Assembly (NCBI GenBank): GCA_003165295.1 | Contig: PLTC01000142.1 | Coordinates: forward strand, 1-36,890 | DNA length: 36,890 nt | Direction: 5' to 3' | Origin: Rhodospirillales bacterium | GTDB lineage: Bacteria; Pseudomonadota; Alphaproteobacteria; Azospirillales; Azospirillaceae | Shown: positions 26,023 through 36,309 of the stretch, one piece after another | How positions within the stretch are numbered: the stretch's first letter is position 1 | Layout: every line of letters begins with the position of its first letter | Made by a program: the position numbers and the translations under genes | Notes under the pieces: generated by a model | The model's input: the letters and a program-made list of their open reading frames with translations, nothing else | Told to the model about the DNA's origin: nothing | Databases searched by the model: none

Positions 26023-28071
26023 TTAGAACTTCATTCCCACGGTCACGAAAGCCTGGCGTTCGACCGCCGGGCCGCTGGTATAGATGGTCTTTTCGGCTTG
26101 TAGGTTGGTGGCGCTGACGGCAATCCACGCCTTGTCGGTGACGTTGAAGGCGACACGGGCATCCAGGGTTGCGTAGCTGGGGACAGTGTAGACGGGATAT
26201 AAGAGCCCTCCGACCTCCCGGGCCACCGGCATCTGGTAGGACGTCGAGTAGCGTCCGAACAGGTCGAAGTCCCAGCGGTCCAGGGTATATCCAACCCGGC
26301 CAGTGAGCAGATTGTGCGGTGCCCCGCCTTCGTAGAGGATTGGATAGGCCAGCCCACTGCTGTTCACCGTCAGGTGATCGCTAATGTATTCCAGGCGGTA
26401 ATTGCCGCCCCAACGCCAGTTGCCGTTCTTGCCATCCACGCCCAGTTCCCAACCCCAGGCGTCGGAATTACCGACATTGACGTATTTCAGGGTCGCACCC
26501 GAAGCGGCAAAGTTGGGGTACGATACCAGGTCGTCGTTAGTTTGATAAAACAGCGATGTCGTTACCTTCGTGTGATAGTCGGGCAGGTCCCGCGTATAGC
26601 CAAGTTCGTAATTGGTTACCACGCTGGGATTCAGGTCAGGATTTCCCGCCTTCCAGGCTACTGTTGCACTTTGCAGCAGAGCATATTCGTACAGGCTGGG
26701 AATCTGCATGCCGCGGCCGAAGGACGCCCGCAGCGTATCGACATCGGTCAGCTTATAGACCGCCCCTGAATTGGCACTGAGTTTGGTGAAGCTGCGATCG
26801 TTGAAGTCGGCATTGGTCAGGGTCGGGGCGGCAAGCGCCGTCGTTGCAGAAGGCCAACTACCGGTCCGCGATAATTCCAGGTGGTCGAGACGAACCGCGT
26901 TGGTCAGGTCGAGTTGTGGCGTGACCTGCCAGTTCCACATGGCTGACGGGGAATAGACCGCGTAACTGATCTGGCTACCGCTCACATCGATGGAGTTAAT
27001 ATTACTCTCACGATATTCCGCAGCGACCCGAAAGCTGTGTGAACTTCCGACGTTAAACAGATCTTGGACTTTGGCATCAGTGAGACCATCTACGACATCA
27101 TAACGGGGGTAGGTGTAGAAAGTCCAGGCAGCATGGTCCCAGTTATGGTACACGACGGCATCGATCAGTCCAAGCCCGGTATTCGCACTGATGGACCCTT
27201 TGAGCGAGTCGGTCCATGTTTGAGTTTTATATCCCCGGTAATCATCCCCGAAGATAAGCTGATTATGATTGGTGGTATGGGTATATTCAAGGCCAGCCTG
27301 GGTATCGTCATTGATCTGAAGCAGGCTGTCCATACTGACATTCAGATTCGTAATCGTGTCCGGTGGGGTCGTATAGGTATTGGCGCTGCTGCCATTGATG
27401 TTGAAAGGGCTGCTGCTGCTACTGGTATCGAAAGCGTTTTCCCTCCCGTATCCGGCCGAGAGGCGGACGCCCAGCGTCTTCTCAATCTGGCCGGTGGCTA
27501 CCGCCGAGCCCGCGACGGTTGATTGCGTCCCGCCGCGCAATTCGACTTCGTCGACCTTGTCATAGAGGGGGTTATACGTGACGATGTTGATGACGCCGCC
27601 GGCGGCATTGAAGCCGAAGAGGGCCGAGTTGGGACCCTTGACCACCTCGATCTGGCGGATCTCGGCCAATTGGACCGGCAGCGCCGCCCAGTCGGTAAAG
27701 CCCCGATAATCCAGATACACCTGCCGGCCGTTGATCAACACCAGCAGCCGTGACGAATAGGCCTGGTCGTAGCCGCGGGCGCCGACGTCGCTGACCCCGT
27801 TGCTCCATTCCCAAACGTCAAGATCGGTGTATTCACCCAGGATGCCCGGAATATCGACGGCCGCCGCATGGTGAATCTGGTCGGCGGTGATGATGGTCAT
27901 GGCCATCGGCACGTCCGAGACCTTCTGCGGGGCACCGGTGGCGCTGGTCGTCACCGGTTCGCCGAAGGCTTCTTCCAAGGCCCCGTAATTGACCGCTTCG
28001 GCTTGAGCCGACTGGGTGGAAAGGCCCACCGCAAGCGCGCCAAGGGCGCACAAACTTAACTTCCTCGACAT
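26023..28071 (-). CDS. TonB-dependent outer-membrane receptor (second)
   Basis: Signal peptide MSRKLSLCALGALAVGLSTQSAQA. Plug motifs are present. The C-terminal residues are …VTVGMKF. Confidence 0.9.
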   Translation of the reverse strand: MSRKLSLCALGALAVGLSTQSAQAEAVNYGALEEAFGEPVTTSATGAPQKVSDVPMAMTIITADQIHHAAAVDIPGILGEYTDLDVWEWSNGVSDVGARGYDQAYSSRLLVLINGRQVYLDYRGFTDWAALPVQLAEIRQIEVVKGPNSALFGFNAAGGVINIVTYNPLYDKVDEVELRGGTQSTVAGSAVATGQIEKTLGVRLSAGYGRENAFDTSSSSSPFNINGSSANTYTTPPDTITNLNVSMDSLLQINDDTQAGLEYTHTTNHNQLIFGDDYRGYKTQTWTDSLKGSISANTGLGLIDAVVYHNWDHAAWTFYTYPRYDVVDGLTDAKVQDLFNVGSSHSFRVAAEYRESNINSIDVSGSQISYAVYSPSAMWNWQVTPQLDLTNAVRLDHLELSRTGSWPSATTALAAPTLTNADFNDRSFTKLSANSGAVYKLTDVDTLRASFGRGMQIPSLYEYALLQSATVAWKAGNPDLNPSVVTNYELGYTRDLPDYHTKVTTSLFYQTNDDLVSYPNFAASGATLKYVNVGNSDAWGWELGVDGKNGNWRWGGNYRLEYISDHLTVNSSGLAYPILYEGGAPHNLLTGRVGYTLDRWDFDLFGRYSTSYQMPVAREVGGLLYPVYTVPSYATLDARVAFNVTDKAWIAVSATNLQAEKTIYTSGPAVERQAFVTVGMKF

Positions 28072-28114
28072 TTTTCGTTCCCCTGATTTTCGGAATATCC
28101 TGCGGCGGCGGCGA

Positions 28115-28717
28115 TCAGACGCCGGTCATCATCATGCGGAAGGTCGGCTGGAACTCGATTCCGGCCCCTTGAGCCACCGCGCTGTTGAAGAGAATTTCCA
28201 CCTTCGGGCTGGTCCGCACCGACAACACGCACTTGCCGCCCTTGGCGCAGGTCGGATCCGTGGACATGGTGAGCATCTTGCGGGCCTGTGCGGTGGCCGC
28301 CACCGCGTCCAGTTCGGCCGGCGGCAACCCGACCGTGACGATCACCACCCGGGCGTCCAGGCTGCCGAGGTCGCTCTGGCTGTACAGCCTGGCCACCGGG
28401 ACGATCGGGCCGCCCTGGGCTGCGTCCAGAAAACCCTTGAGCGTCTCCGCTTCCTTCTTGGAATCGCCATTGGCGGCATCGAAGACGATGGCCACGGCGA
28501 CCGTTCCCGAGACCGGGGGGGTCAGGAAGCCGACGACCTTGAGCATCAACTGAACGTCTTTGGCCGTGACGTCGGCATGGGCGGCCGGCGTTCCCAGCAA
28601 CAGGGCCCCGGCCACGACCGCCAGTGACGCGAGGCCGGTGCGTCCCAGCGAACGGAACGCCCGTGCCCATCCCGAACCTGATCGGGTCGCCGTCGGGTGC
28701 GATAATTTACGTGTCAT
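28115..28717 (-). CDS. YfiR-like periplasmic protein (DUF4154 family)
   Basis: Signal peptide. The C-x6-C pair (CAKGGKC) matches the spacing of the functional disulfide of YfiR. The C-terminal pattern VLSVRTSPKVEILFNSAVAQGAGIEF resembles the YfiR C-terminus. Start is taken at ATG 28717, which has GGGGGA upstream. Confidence 0.5.
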   Translation of the reverse strand: MTRKLSHPTATRSGSGWARAFRSLGRTGLASLAVVAGALLLGTPAAHADVTAKDVQLMLKVVGFLTPPVSGTVAVAIVFDAANGDSKKEAETLKGFLDAAQGGPIVPVARLYSQSDLGSLDARVVIVTVGLPPAELDAVAATAQARKMLTMSTDPTCAKGGKCVLSVRTSPKVEILFNSAVAQGAGIEFQPTFRMMMTGV

Positions 28718-29511
28718 TTTTTCCCCCATATTTTCAACTTAGGATTGCCATCGCTCTGGAAACCGATCCAGAGAAATTCGAATGGTATTGGGTCACCGAT
28801 AGAACCTTTGTCTGTTAAGGAACCACTTATGCCGCGGCAGTCACTTGAGCGTGCGTTCATCAGGTATTCTCCCGACAGTTCCGCGAAGCATGCAGTCGCC
28901 GAAGGCAGGCCAGCACCAGGTAATCTGGCATCCGAAATATAGTTATAAAGGAAACCAATTAGACTTCAGTATTGTCCGGTTGGATCCGGTGATAGGATAT
29001 GTTGTCGAGAGGTAAGCAATTCGTGATCATGGTAATGCCGTATAAACCTTGGCAGTTTTCGTTTCAAGCACTTTTTTACTCGAATTTAGTTGATTTAAAT
29101 CTACCATTTGGCCTTCTGCGGAGGCCATATCGGAATTTCTTGGCGCGGATTGAGACGATTAGGACAGGTAAACAACTAAAACTAGTCGCTTTGATTATTT
29201 AAGTTGTGTCAGGCGTCGCAATTTATGCGCCGGCATAAGCCATTCAAGGGAACGGCAACAGGCCAAGGCTGTATGATGACATAAATGACACATAATTCTG
29301 GCCGTGCCCGTGCGGCATCGAACCCAGACTGGCACGATATGGATATTATTCTCTCTAATGGCCGGCCTTGGGGATGCGACAGCCGGCGAACCGGCCGCAG
29401 ACGGAAACCACCGCCGCGGCTCACCGTTCCGGTTGTCAGGCGACCGGAAAAGCCGGAAGATCGGGGCGCCGGCCCCAGGGGGCGCGGTGTTTCAACGGGG
29501 GACGCCGGGCC
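28718..29511. promoter_or_regulatory. ~790-bp AT-rich (about 45% GC) divergent intergenic island between the YfiR-like/receptor operon and the OGT-like gene; contains palindromes (CTCTGGA-aaccga-TCCAGAG; GATTTAAATC) and two small low-GC ORFs
   Basis: The composition is sharply anomalous against a ~67% GC background. No confident CDS is present. Confidence 0.4.
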
Positions 29512-31521
29512 ATGACCGCCACCAGGGAAAAGCTGGCGCTGGGGTTGCAGTATCATCGGGCCGGTCGGCTGGCCGAGGCCGAAGGGCTGTATTGGGAGGT
29601 GCTGACAGAAGATCCCGATGACGCCGACGCCCGGCACCTGATGGGGGTGCTGGCCCACCAGATCGGGCGTGACGATGTGGCCATCGGCTACATCGAGAGT
29701 GCGCTGGCGCTCAGGCCCGACCGGCCCGACTTTCACAGCAATCTGGCCGAAGCCTATCGGGCGCTGGAGCAGTACGACGAGGCCGCCGCCCATTACCAAC
29801 AGGCGTTGCTGCTGGAGCCCGACTTCGCCGATGCCCACAACAATTATGGCCTGCTGCTTCAGATCCAGGGGCAGCCGGAACAGGCGATCGGGCATTATCG
29901 GAGAGCCCTGGACCTGGTGCCGGACTTCCCCGAGGCGCATAACAACCTTGGCAATGCCCTGAAGGAGCAACGGCGGCTGGATCAGGCGGCGGCGGAGTAC
30001 CGGGCGGCGCTGGCGCTCCGGCCGGCCTTTGCCGATGCGCACGCCAATCTGGCCGATACCCTGATGGAACAGGGCCGGCTCGACCAGGCGGTGGCCCATT
30101 TCCGTCAGGCGCTGGCCTTCCGGCCCGACTTTCCGGTCGCCCGCTTTGGCCTGTGCATGGCCCAACTGCCGGTGCTCTACCGGACCGAAGCCGAGATCGA
30201 GGAACGGCGCACCGCTTACCGCCGCCACCTGCTGGAACTGCACGAGGCGGTGACCGCAGAAGGCGCGAATCCGGCCGGGTTCGCTGCGGCGGTGGGGTCG
30301 CACCAGCCGTTCTTTCTGGCCTATCAGGGGCGCAATGATCGCGATCTCCAGGCGATCTATGGCGAACTGGTGGTGCGGGCCATGGCCGCGCGCACGCCAC
30401 CGGCGCCGGTGCGGCCGCCACCCGCCGCCGGCCAGCGACTCCGGATCGGTATCGTCAGCGGATATTTTTTCAACCACTCAGTATGGAAAATGCCGGTCCG
30501 GGGCTGGCTGACCCAGCTTGACCGCGAGCGATTCGAACTGTTCTGCTACCATACCCGGCTGATCCGGGATGCCGAAACCGATCTGGCCGAGCAGACCGCG
30601 GACAGCTTCGTCCAGGGGCCGCTGCCGCTCGACCGCTGGCGGGCGCTGATCCTGGCCGACGCGCCGGATGTTCTGATTTATCCCGAAATCGGCATGGATC
30701 CGGTCACGGTACAACTGGCCTCCCAACGGCTGGCCCGGGTTCAATGTACCTCTTGGGGCCATCCCGAAACCTGCGGTTTGCCGACCATCGACTATTACCT
30801 GAGCAGTGCGTTGATGGAGCCGCCGGACGCGGATCAGCACTACACCGAGACTCTGGTCCGGCTGCCCAACCTGTCGGTCTGGTACGAACCGCCGGCCGGC
30901 CCCGATCTGACGGTGACCCGGGCCGAATTCGGACTGCGCCCGGGGGCGGTGGTCTATTGGTGCTGCCAGTCCTTGTTCAAGTATCTGCCCCAGGACGATG
31001 GGGTGTTTCCGCGCATCGCCGCGGCGGTGGGCGACTGCCAGTTTGTCTTCCTCGGTTACCAGGGCGGCGACCATGTGGTGTCGCTGTTCCGGGAGCGGCT
31101 GGAAGCGGCGTTTGCGGCTGCCGGCGCCCGTGCCGCGGACCACTGCGTGTTCCTGCCCCGACTCGATGCCCAACGCTTTGTTGCGGTGGGCGGTCTTTGC
31201 GACGTTTACCTCGACAGCATCGGCTGGTCGGGAATCAACACCACCCTTGAGGCGGCGCTTGCCGACCTGCCGGTGGTCACGGTGCCGGGTGCCTTGCTGC
31301 GGGGACGGCACAGCATGGCGGTGCTTCGGATGATGGGCGTGACCGAGACCATCGCAGAGACGGTGGACGACTACGTGGCGTTGGCGGTGCGGTTGGGCAC
31401 CGATGCCGAATGGCGCACCGCGGTCCGGGGCAGGATGGCGGCGGGCCGGGAGCGGGTGTATCGCGACCCGGAGTGCGTGGCGGCGCTGGCGGCGTTCCTG
31501 GTCGGAGCGGTTGCCCGCTGA
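29512..31521 (+). CDS. TPR-repeat protein fused to an O-GlcNAc-transferase-like (GT41, SPINDLY-family) catalytic domain
   Basis: N-terminal tandem TPRs, e.g. EAYRALEQYDEAAAHYQQALLLEPDFADAHNNYGLLL (several similar copies). The C-terminal half carries the GT41/OGT catalytic-domain motifs (WGHPETCGLPTIDYYLSSALMEPPDADQHYTE.LVRLPN). Confidence 0.75.
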   Translation: MTATREKLALGLQYHRAGRLAEAEGLYWEVLTEDPDDADARHLMGVLAHQIGRDDVAIGYIESALALRPDRPDFHSNLAEAYRALEQYDEAAAHYQQALLLEPDFADAHNNYGLLLQIQGQPEQAIGHYRRALDLVPDFPEAHNNLGNALKEQRRLDQAAAEYRAALALRPAFADAHANLADTLMEQGRLDQAVAHFRQALAFRPDFPVARFGLCMAQLPVLYRTEAEIEERRTAYRRHLLELHEAVTAEGANPAGFAAAVGSHQPFFLAYQGRNDRDLQAIYGELVVRAMAARTPPAPVRPPPAAGQRLRIGIVSGYFFNHSVWKMPVRGWLTQLDRERFELFCYHTRLIRDAETDLAEQTADSFVQGPLPLDRWRALILADAPDVLIYPEIGMDPVTVQLASQRLARVQCTSWGHPETCGLPTIDYYLSSALMEPPDADQHYTETLVRLPNLSVWYEPPAGPDLTVTRAEFGLRPGAVVYWCCQSLFKYLPQDDGVFPRIAAAVGDCQFVFLGYQGGDHVVSLFRERLEAAFAAAGARAADHCVFLPRLDAQRFVAVGGLCDVYLDSIGWSGINTTLEAALADLPVVTVPGALLRGRHSMAVLRMMGVTETIAETVDDYVALAVRLGTDAEWRTAVRGRMAAGRERVYRDPECVAALAAFLVGAVAR

Positions 31522-31546
31522 GCCGGAGAGGGATCCCCCCTGGCCC

Positions 31547-32944
31547 ATGGCCCGCCGTTCGCCCTATCGTCGCATGATCTGGCCCGCCCTGCTGGCGGTG
31601 GCGGCCACTACGGCGGCGTTGCCCGGCATGACCCCCGGTTGGGAGGACAAGTGGTTGGGGGTGGACGGCCGGGAGTTGTTTCACCAGGGCGCGGCGACCG
31701 TGGCCTGGCTGTCTCTGGCCTGGTTCGGCTCGCGGTTGTTCCACGCGGTGGTGCGAAGCGGTGAGCCGTCGGTGCCGCGGCTGCTGGGCGACATCGTGGC
31801 GATTCTGCTGTTCGCCGTGGCCGGTATCCTGATTCTCGGCGGCGTTTTTCATCAGCCGATCGGGGCGCTGGTCACCACCTCGAGCGTGGTGGTGGCGGTG
31901 GTCGGCTTTTCGGTGCGCGAACTGATCGCGGACCTGTTCGCCGGCATTTGCATCAATTTGGAACGTCCCTACGGTCTTGGCGACTGGCTGGAGGTGAGCG
32001 ACCTTGGGCCTGCTGGCAAGGTGGTTGAAATCAACTGGCGCGCAACCAGACTGGTGACGTTGCGCGGCATTACCGTGGTGGTTCCGAATGGCGTGATCGC
32101 GCGCAGCCAGTTCAAGAACTACAGCACGCCAAGACGCTCATTTCGGGTTATTGTTACGGTTGTCCTTGACTATGACGTTCCGGTGGAGGTGGCGCGCAGG
32201 CTGTTGCTGGCCGCGGTACGGGGGGCGCCATTGGTTCTGTGCGAGCCGCCGCCCGATGTGATGCTGGACAGCTTTGGCGACCATGGCGTCTCGTATCTTG
32301 TGCGCTTTTGGGTTGCCGATTATGAACCGATGGTGCTGACGCGCGATCAGGTGCTGGCCGGCATCCATCGCCATTTGCGGCTGGGTGGCGTTCCGTTGCG
32401 CCACGGCCGCCAGGACGTGACGCTGGCGCGGGCGACTCCGACGCTCGATGCCGATGCCCGACGGGTGGCGGTGCTGCGCCATGTGGAGTTGTTCCGGGCG
32501 CTGACCGGGGACGATGTCAGCGAACTGGCCGAGGCGCTGTCGGTGCGTCAGGTTCCGGCCGGGGTTGCGGTGGTGCATGCCGGAGAGGCCGGCTGTTCCC
32601 TGTTCGTGGTGGTCGAGGGTCTGCTCGAGGTCCGGGGCGAGGCCGGCGTGTTTGCCACTCTGGCTCCGGGCGAGGTTTTCGGCGAGATGTCGCTGCTGAC
32701 CGGGGCTCCGCGCAGCGCCTCGGTGGTGGCCGCCACCGAGGCGGTGCTGTTCGAAATTTTCGACCACCAACTCCGCCCGATTCTGCACCGTCGCCCGGAG
32801 CTGGCCGGTGCGCTCGGCACCATCGTCGAAATACGCGAGAAGGCCAACCGCGACCGGACGCCGCCGGATCCCTGTGACGGACCACCGGCGGGGACCCTGC
32901 CGCTGCTGGCCTGTATCCGCGAGTTTTTCGGGTTGGCCCGGTGA
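31547..32944 (+). CDS. MscS-family mechanosensitive channel fused to a C-terminal cyclic-nucleotide-binding domain
   Basis: TM helices plus the MscS beta-domain motif (GDWLEVSDLGPAGKVVEINWRATRLVTLRGITVVVPNG). A C-terminal cNMP-binding fold is present (FRALTGDDVSELAEAL...GEVFGEMSLLTGAPRSASVVA). Confidence 0.8.
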   Translation: MARRSPYRRMIWPALLAVAATTAALPGMTPGWEDKWLGVDGRELFHQGAATVAWLSLAWFGSRLFHAVVRSGEPSVPRLLGDIVAILLFAVAGILILGGVFHQPIGALVTTSSVVVAVVGFSVRELIADLFAGICINLERPYGLGDWLEVSDLGPAGKVVEINWRATRLVTLRGITVVVPNGVIARSQFKNYSTPRRSFRVIVTVVLDYDVPVEVARRLLLAAVRGAPLVLCEPPPDVMLDSFGDHGVSYLVRFWVADYEPMVLTRDQVLAGIHRHLRLGGVPLRHGRQDVTLARATPTLDADARRVAVLRHVELFRALTGDDVSELAEALSVRQVPAGVAVVHAGEAGCSLFVVVEGLLEVRGEAGVFATLAPGEVFGEMSLLTGAPRSASVVAATEAVLFEIFDHQLRPILHRRPELAGALGTIVEIREKANRDRTPPDPCDGPPAGTLPLLACIREFFGLAR

Positions 32945-33009
32945 GCTGACCTGCGGACTTTCGAGGCCGGGAACCAAAGGTGCCCGATGAATTTCTCGGA
33001 CCGATGGCA

Positions 33010-33603
33010 TTAAATCTCAATCACCATCTTTGGTCGATAATGACCGTGACTTAGAACGAGTAACGCGCGCAGATAGGCCGAGACCTTCTGGGCGGTTTCG
33101 GTGTGCTGGGACAGGCAGTGGCGCAGTTGATCGGCGATGCGCCGGGCTTCAACGACGTATTCGTCGGCGCCGTATTCGTCGCTGCCGGCGGCACCCCGGA
33201 TCAGCCGCTCGGTGTCGGCACAATCCCTGGCCGGAACCACCACCTTGACCAGATCGTCGGCCGCGGTTGGCGGCGGTCCTGTCGACGGCTCCCGGGTTGC
33301 CGGTGCCGCACCGCTCCGCTGGCCAAAGCTCCGGCGGACATTCTGCTTGAGCCGGCGTTTGACCGGCTCCTCGATTTCCGGGGTGTTGTCAACCTCTTCA
33401 AACAGCAGGTCGAACAGGGTGGCGCGGTTGGGATTCTTATATTGCCGGCGACGCTCCCGGTCGTGCTCCCGCTGATTGGTCCAGCCGGAAAAATCCGTTG
33501 CCATCACCCGATCGGATGGCGGTATTCCCAAACTCGAAGAGCCGGAATCCGACCGTGCCATGGCTGTGGCCTTCGTCGCGGTTCTGGTGGAATGATAGCG
33601 CAA
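33010..33603 (-). CDS. hypothetical protein (charged, no recognisable domain)
   Basis: An ORF co-oriented with cobQ and 53 bp downstream of it. It is rich in Arg/Glu/Asp. The start is uncertain (internal ATGs at MARSD and MATDF). Confidence 0.35.
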   Translation of the reverse strand: MRYHSTRTATKATAMARSDSGSSSLGIPPSDRVMATDFSGWTNQREHDRERRRQYKNPNRATLFDLLFEEVDNTPEIEEPVKRRLKQNVRRSFGQRSGAAPATREPSTGPPPTAADDLVKVVVPARDCADTERLIRGAAGSDEYGADEYVVEARRIADQLRHCLSQHTETAQKVSAYLRALLVLSHGHYRPKMVIEI

Positions 33604-33656
33604 ATCCTTCTAAGAGTAACCGCTTGCATTTAAGGATAACCGCTTCTTTTCCGATT

Positions 33657-35180
33657 TCAAGGGTCGTTGCCGGTGCCCGGCCCTGCGGTGGCCAGCAGGG
33701 CATCCACATCCAGGTGGCTTTCCAGATGATCGGCCAGCGCGTCGAGGGCGGCTTCGATGCCGGCCTCGAAGGCCAGCGACGACGGCGTTCCGCCAAGCCC
33801 GGCCAGCGTCGCGGCGCGGAAGGCGTCGTTGCGGAACAAGCCGTGGAGGTAGCAGCCGGCGACCTGGTGGTCGGCGGAGACCGCGCCTTCGTCACGGGCG
33901 TCATTGGCAAGGCGCAGCATCGGCCGGACACGGTCGGGACCGTCGGTACGGCCCATGTGCATTTCGTAGCCGGCGACCGGGGCGCCGGTGGCCACGTCGA
34001 TGCCGGTGACCTCGCGCAACACCTTGTTCCCGGCCAGCACGGTGCCGACGCGCAGCAGTCCCAGGCCGGGGGCGCCGCCGGGCGGGCCTTCGACGCCGTC
34101 GGGGTCGTCAACCCGGAGACCGAGCATCTGGTAACCGCCGCAGATGCCCCAGACCCGTCCACCCTGGCGGACATGGGCCAGGATGTCGATGTCCCAACCC
34201 TGGGCCCGCAGAAACGCCAGATCGGCCAGCGTCGTTTTGGTGCCGGGCAGCACGATCAGGTCGGAACCGGCCGGAATCGGCTGTCCCGGCGTCACCAGGG
34301 TCAGCGACACCCCGGACTCCTGGGCCAGCGGGTCGAAGTCGTCGAAATTGGCGATTCGGGACAGCAGTGGCACCGCGATACGGACCCGGTTTTGGTCCTC
34401 GCCGCCTCGGCTCGGGGTTCGGGCATGGTGGCCGAGACTCATGGCGTCCTCGGCGGGCAGTCGGCCGGCTTCGTTTAGCCACGGCACCACGCCGAACGCG
34501 CGCCAGCCGGTCCGGCTGGTGATCGCGGTCAGGCCGTCGGCGAACAGCGTCGGGTCGCCCCGGAAGCGGTTGATGATGTAGCCCCGAATCTGAGCCCGTT
34601 CCTCGGGTGTCAACACCGCGTGCGTTCCGACCAGGCTGGCGATCACGCCGCCCCGATCGATATCGCCGACCACCACCACCGGCACCCGGGCGGCCAGAGC
34701 AAAGCCCATGTTGGCGATGTCCCCGGTACGCAGATTGATTTCGGCCGGGCTGCCGGCGCCTTCGACCAGCACGATGTCGGCTTCGGCGCGCAGTCGTTCG
34801 AAGCTCTCCAGCACCACCGGCAGCAAACCGGCCTTCAATCGCTGGTAGCTTCGGGCGTCGGCGGTGGTACGGACCCGGCCCTGCACCACCAGTTGGGCGC
34901 CGACCTCGGACTGGGGCTTCAACAGCACCGGATTCATGTCGGTGCGCGGGGCGACGCCACAGGCCCGGGCCTGAAGCGCCTGTGCCCGGCCGATCTCGCC
35001 GCCGTCGGCGGTGACCGCGGCATTGTTGGACATGTTCTGCGGCTTGAACGGCAGCACCCGCAGTCCACGGCGGGTTAATGCCCGGGCAAGGCCGGCCACC
35101 AGCAACGACTTGCCCACGTCCGAGCCGGTGCCCTGAAGCATCAGGGCACCGGCCCGGCGGGGGAGGGAAGGGTGACTCAT
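33657..35180 (-). CDS. cobQ: cobyric acid synthase
   Basis: The N-terminal [18 protein letters not shown] matches the CobQ/CbiP P-loop opening. A C-terminal glutamine amidotransferase-like domain is present ([10 protein letters not shown]). Confidence 0.9.
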   Translation of the reverse strand: MSHPSLPRRAGALMLQGTGSDVGKSLLVAGLARALTRRGLRVLPFKPQNMSNNAAVTADGGEIGRAQALQARACGVAPRTDMNPVLLKPQSEVGAQLVVQGRVRTTADARSYQRLKAGLLPVVLESFERLRAEADIVLVEGAGSPAEINLRTGDIANMGFALAARVPVVVVGDIDRGGVIASLVGTHAVLTPEERAQIRGYIINRFRGDPTLFADGLTAITSRTGWRAFGVVPWLNEAGRLPAEDAMSLGHHARTPSRGGEDQNRVRIAVPLLSRIANFDDFDPLAQESGVSLTLVTPGQPIPAGSDLIVLPGTKTTLADLAFLRAQGWDIDILAHVRQGGRVWGICGGYQMLGLRVDDPDGVEGPPGGAPGLGLLRVGTVLAGNKVLREVTGIDVATGAPVAGYEMHMGRTDGPDRVRPMLRLANDARDEGAVSADHQVAGCYLHGLFRNDAFRAATLAGLGGTPSSLAFEAGIEAALDALADHLESHLDVDALLATAGPGTGNDP

Positions 35181-35190
35181 GAACGATGGC

Positions 35191-36270
35191 TCATGACTGG
35201 TGGCTCATATCGTGGCGCCATGGCGTAACGCCTGGGGGTAACGCTCGGGCCAGCCGGTCCCAGGCGGTATCCGAAACAGGCAGCCCGAAGCGCAGCCAGC
35301 CGGGATGGCTCGCGAAACGGCGGATCAGGATGCCGGCGCGGCCGAGATGGTCGAACACCGCTTCGGCGTCCCGGGTCGCGGCCAGCCGGAACAACGGGGT
35401 ACCCCCCAGTACGGCGAGCCCGCGGGCGTGCAACAAATCGTCGAGTCGGTCCGCGGCCGTGGCCAGCCGGACCCGGGTTTCGGCGAGCCAGGCATGGTCG
35501 GCCAGTGCCGCCCCGGCGATCGCCACCGCCGGGCCGCTCACCGGCCAGGGACCGAGGGCCTCGCGGAGGCGGTGCGCCTGATCCGGTGCGGCCAGCGCGA
35601 AACCCAGGCGGAGTCCGGCCAGACCGAAGACCTTGCCAAACGACCGCAGGACGATCAGTCCCGGCTGCCCGGTGGCAGCGGCGACGCTGACCGCGGGGAC
35701 AAGGTCGGCGAAGGCTTCGTCCACCACCAACCGGCCGCCGCCGGCGGCCAGACCCGTCGCCAGCGCGATCAGCCGGTCGGGCGCGATCACCCGGCCATCG
35801 GGATTGTTGGGATTGGCCACCACCACGGTATCCCAGCATCCATGGTACAACGTCCCGGCGTCGGTGACGAGGTTGACCCGGTGGCCGGCGGCGGCCCAGC
35901 AGTGGGCATGCTCGGCATAAGTCGGTCCCAGCACCGCGACCCGGCCGGGCGAACACAGGCGCGGCAGCCATTGGATCAACGCCTGGGAGCCTGGCGCCAC
36001 CGCGACATGGTCGGGGCCGGGCGCCCCGTAGGCGCGGGCGGCGGCGGCGGCCACGCCATCGATGGCGGCGGGGTCGGGCAGGCGTTGCCAGACCTCGGCG
36101 GCCAGCGGCGGCACCGGATAGGGCCAGGGGTTGATCCCGGTACTGAGATCGAGCCAGGGTTCGGGGGCGTCACGAAACCGGCGCCGTGCCGCGCCGAGAT
36201 TGCCGCCATGGTCGGCGACCACCGTCGGGTCGGCGGTGACGGCTGCGGTGACGGCTGGGGTGGTAGGCAT
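35191..36270 (-). CDS. cobD: L-threonine-O-3-phosphate decarboxylase (cobalamin biosynthesis, class-II aminotransferase fold)
   Basis: N-terminal HGGN...[15 protein letters not shown]-lysine region [15 protein letters not shown]. Start is placed at ATG 36270, giving ~359 aa. The upstream part of the 485-aa frame is His/Gln-rich junk. Confidence 0.8.
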   Translation of the reverse strand: MPTTPAVTAAVTADPTVVADHGGNLGAARRRFRDAPEPWLDLSTGINPWPYPVPPLAAEVWQRLPDPAAIDGVAAAAARAYGAPGPDHVAVAPGSQALIQWLPRLCSPGRVAVLGPTYAEHAHCWAAAGHRVNLVTDAGTLYHGCWDTVVVANPNNPDGRVIAPDRLIALATGLAAGGGRLVVDEAFADLVPAVSVAAATGQPGLIVLRSFGKVFGLAGLRLGFALAAPDQAHRLREALGPWPVSGPAVAIAGAALADHAWLAETRVRLATAADRLDDLLHARGLAVLGGTPLFRLAATRDAEAVFDHLGRAGILIRRFASHPGWLRFGLPVSDTAWDRLARALPPGVTPWRHDMSHQS

Positions 36271-36309
36271 CGGTGGTGTCGTGACCGGGAAGAGGATGGG
36301 GGGGCGGCG

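Noticed and set aside
28745-29202. Two ~65-aa ORFs in the AT-rich island as real genes
   Set aside because: There is no RBS or motif support, and their composition is unlike the rest of the genome. They are flagged in a finding rather than called as CDS.
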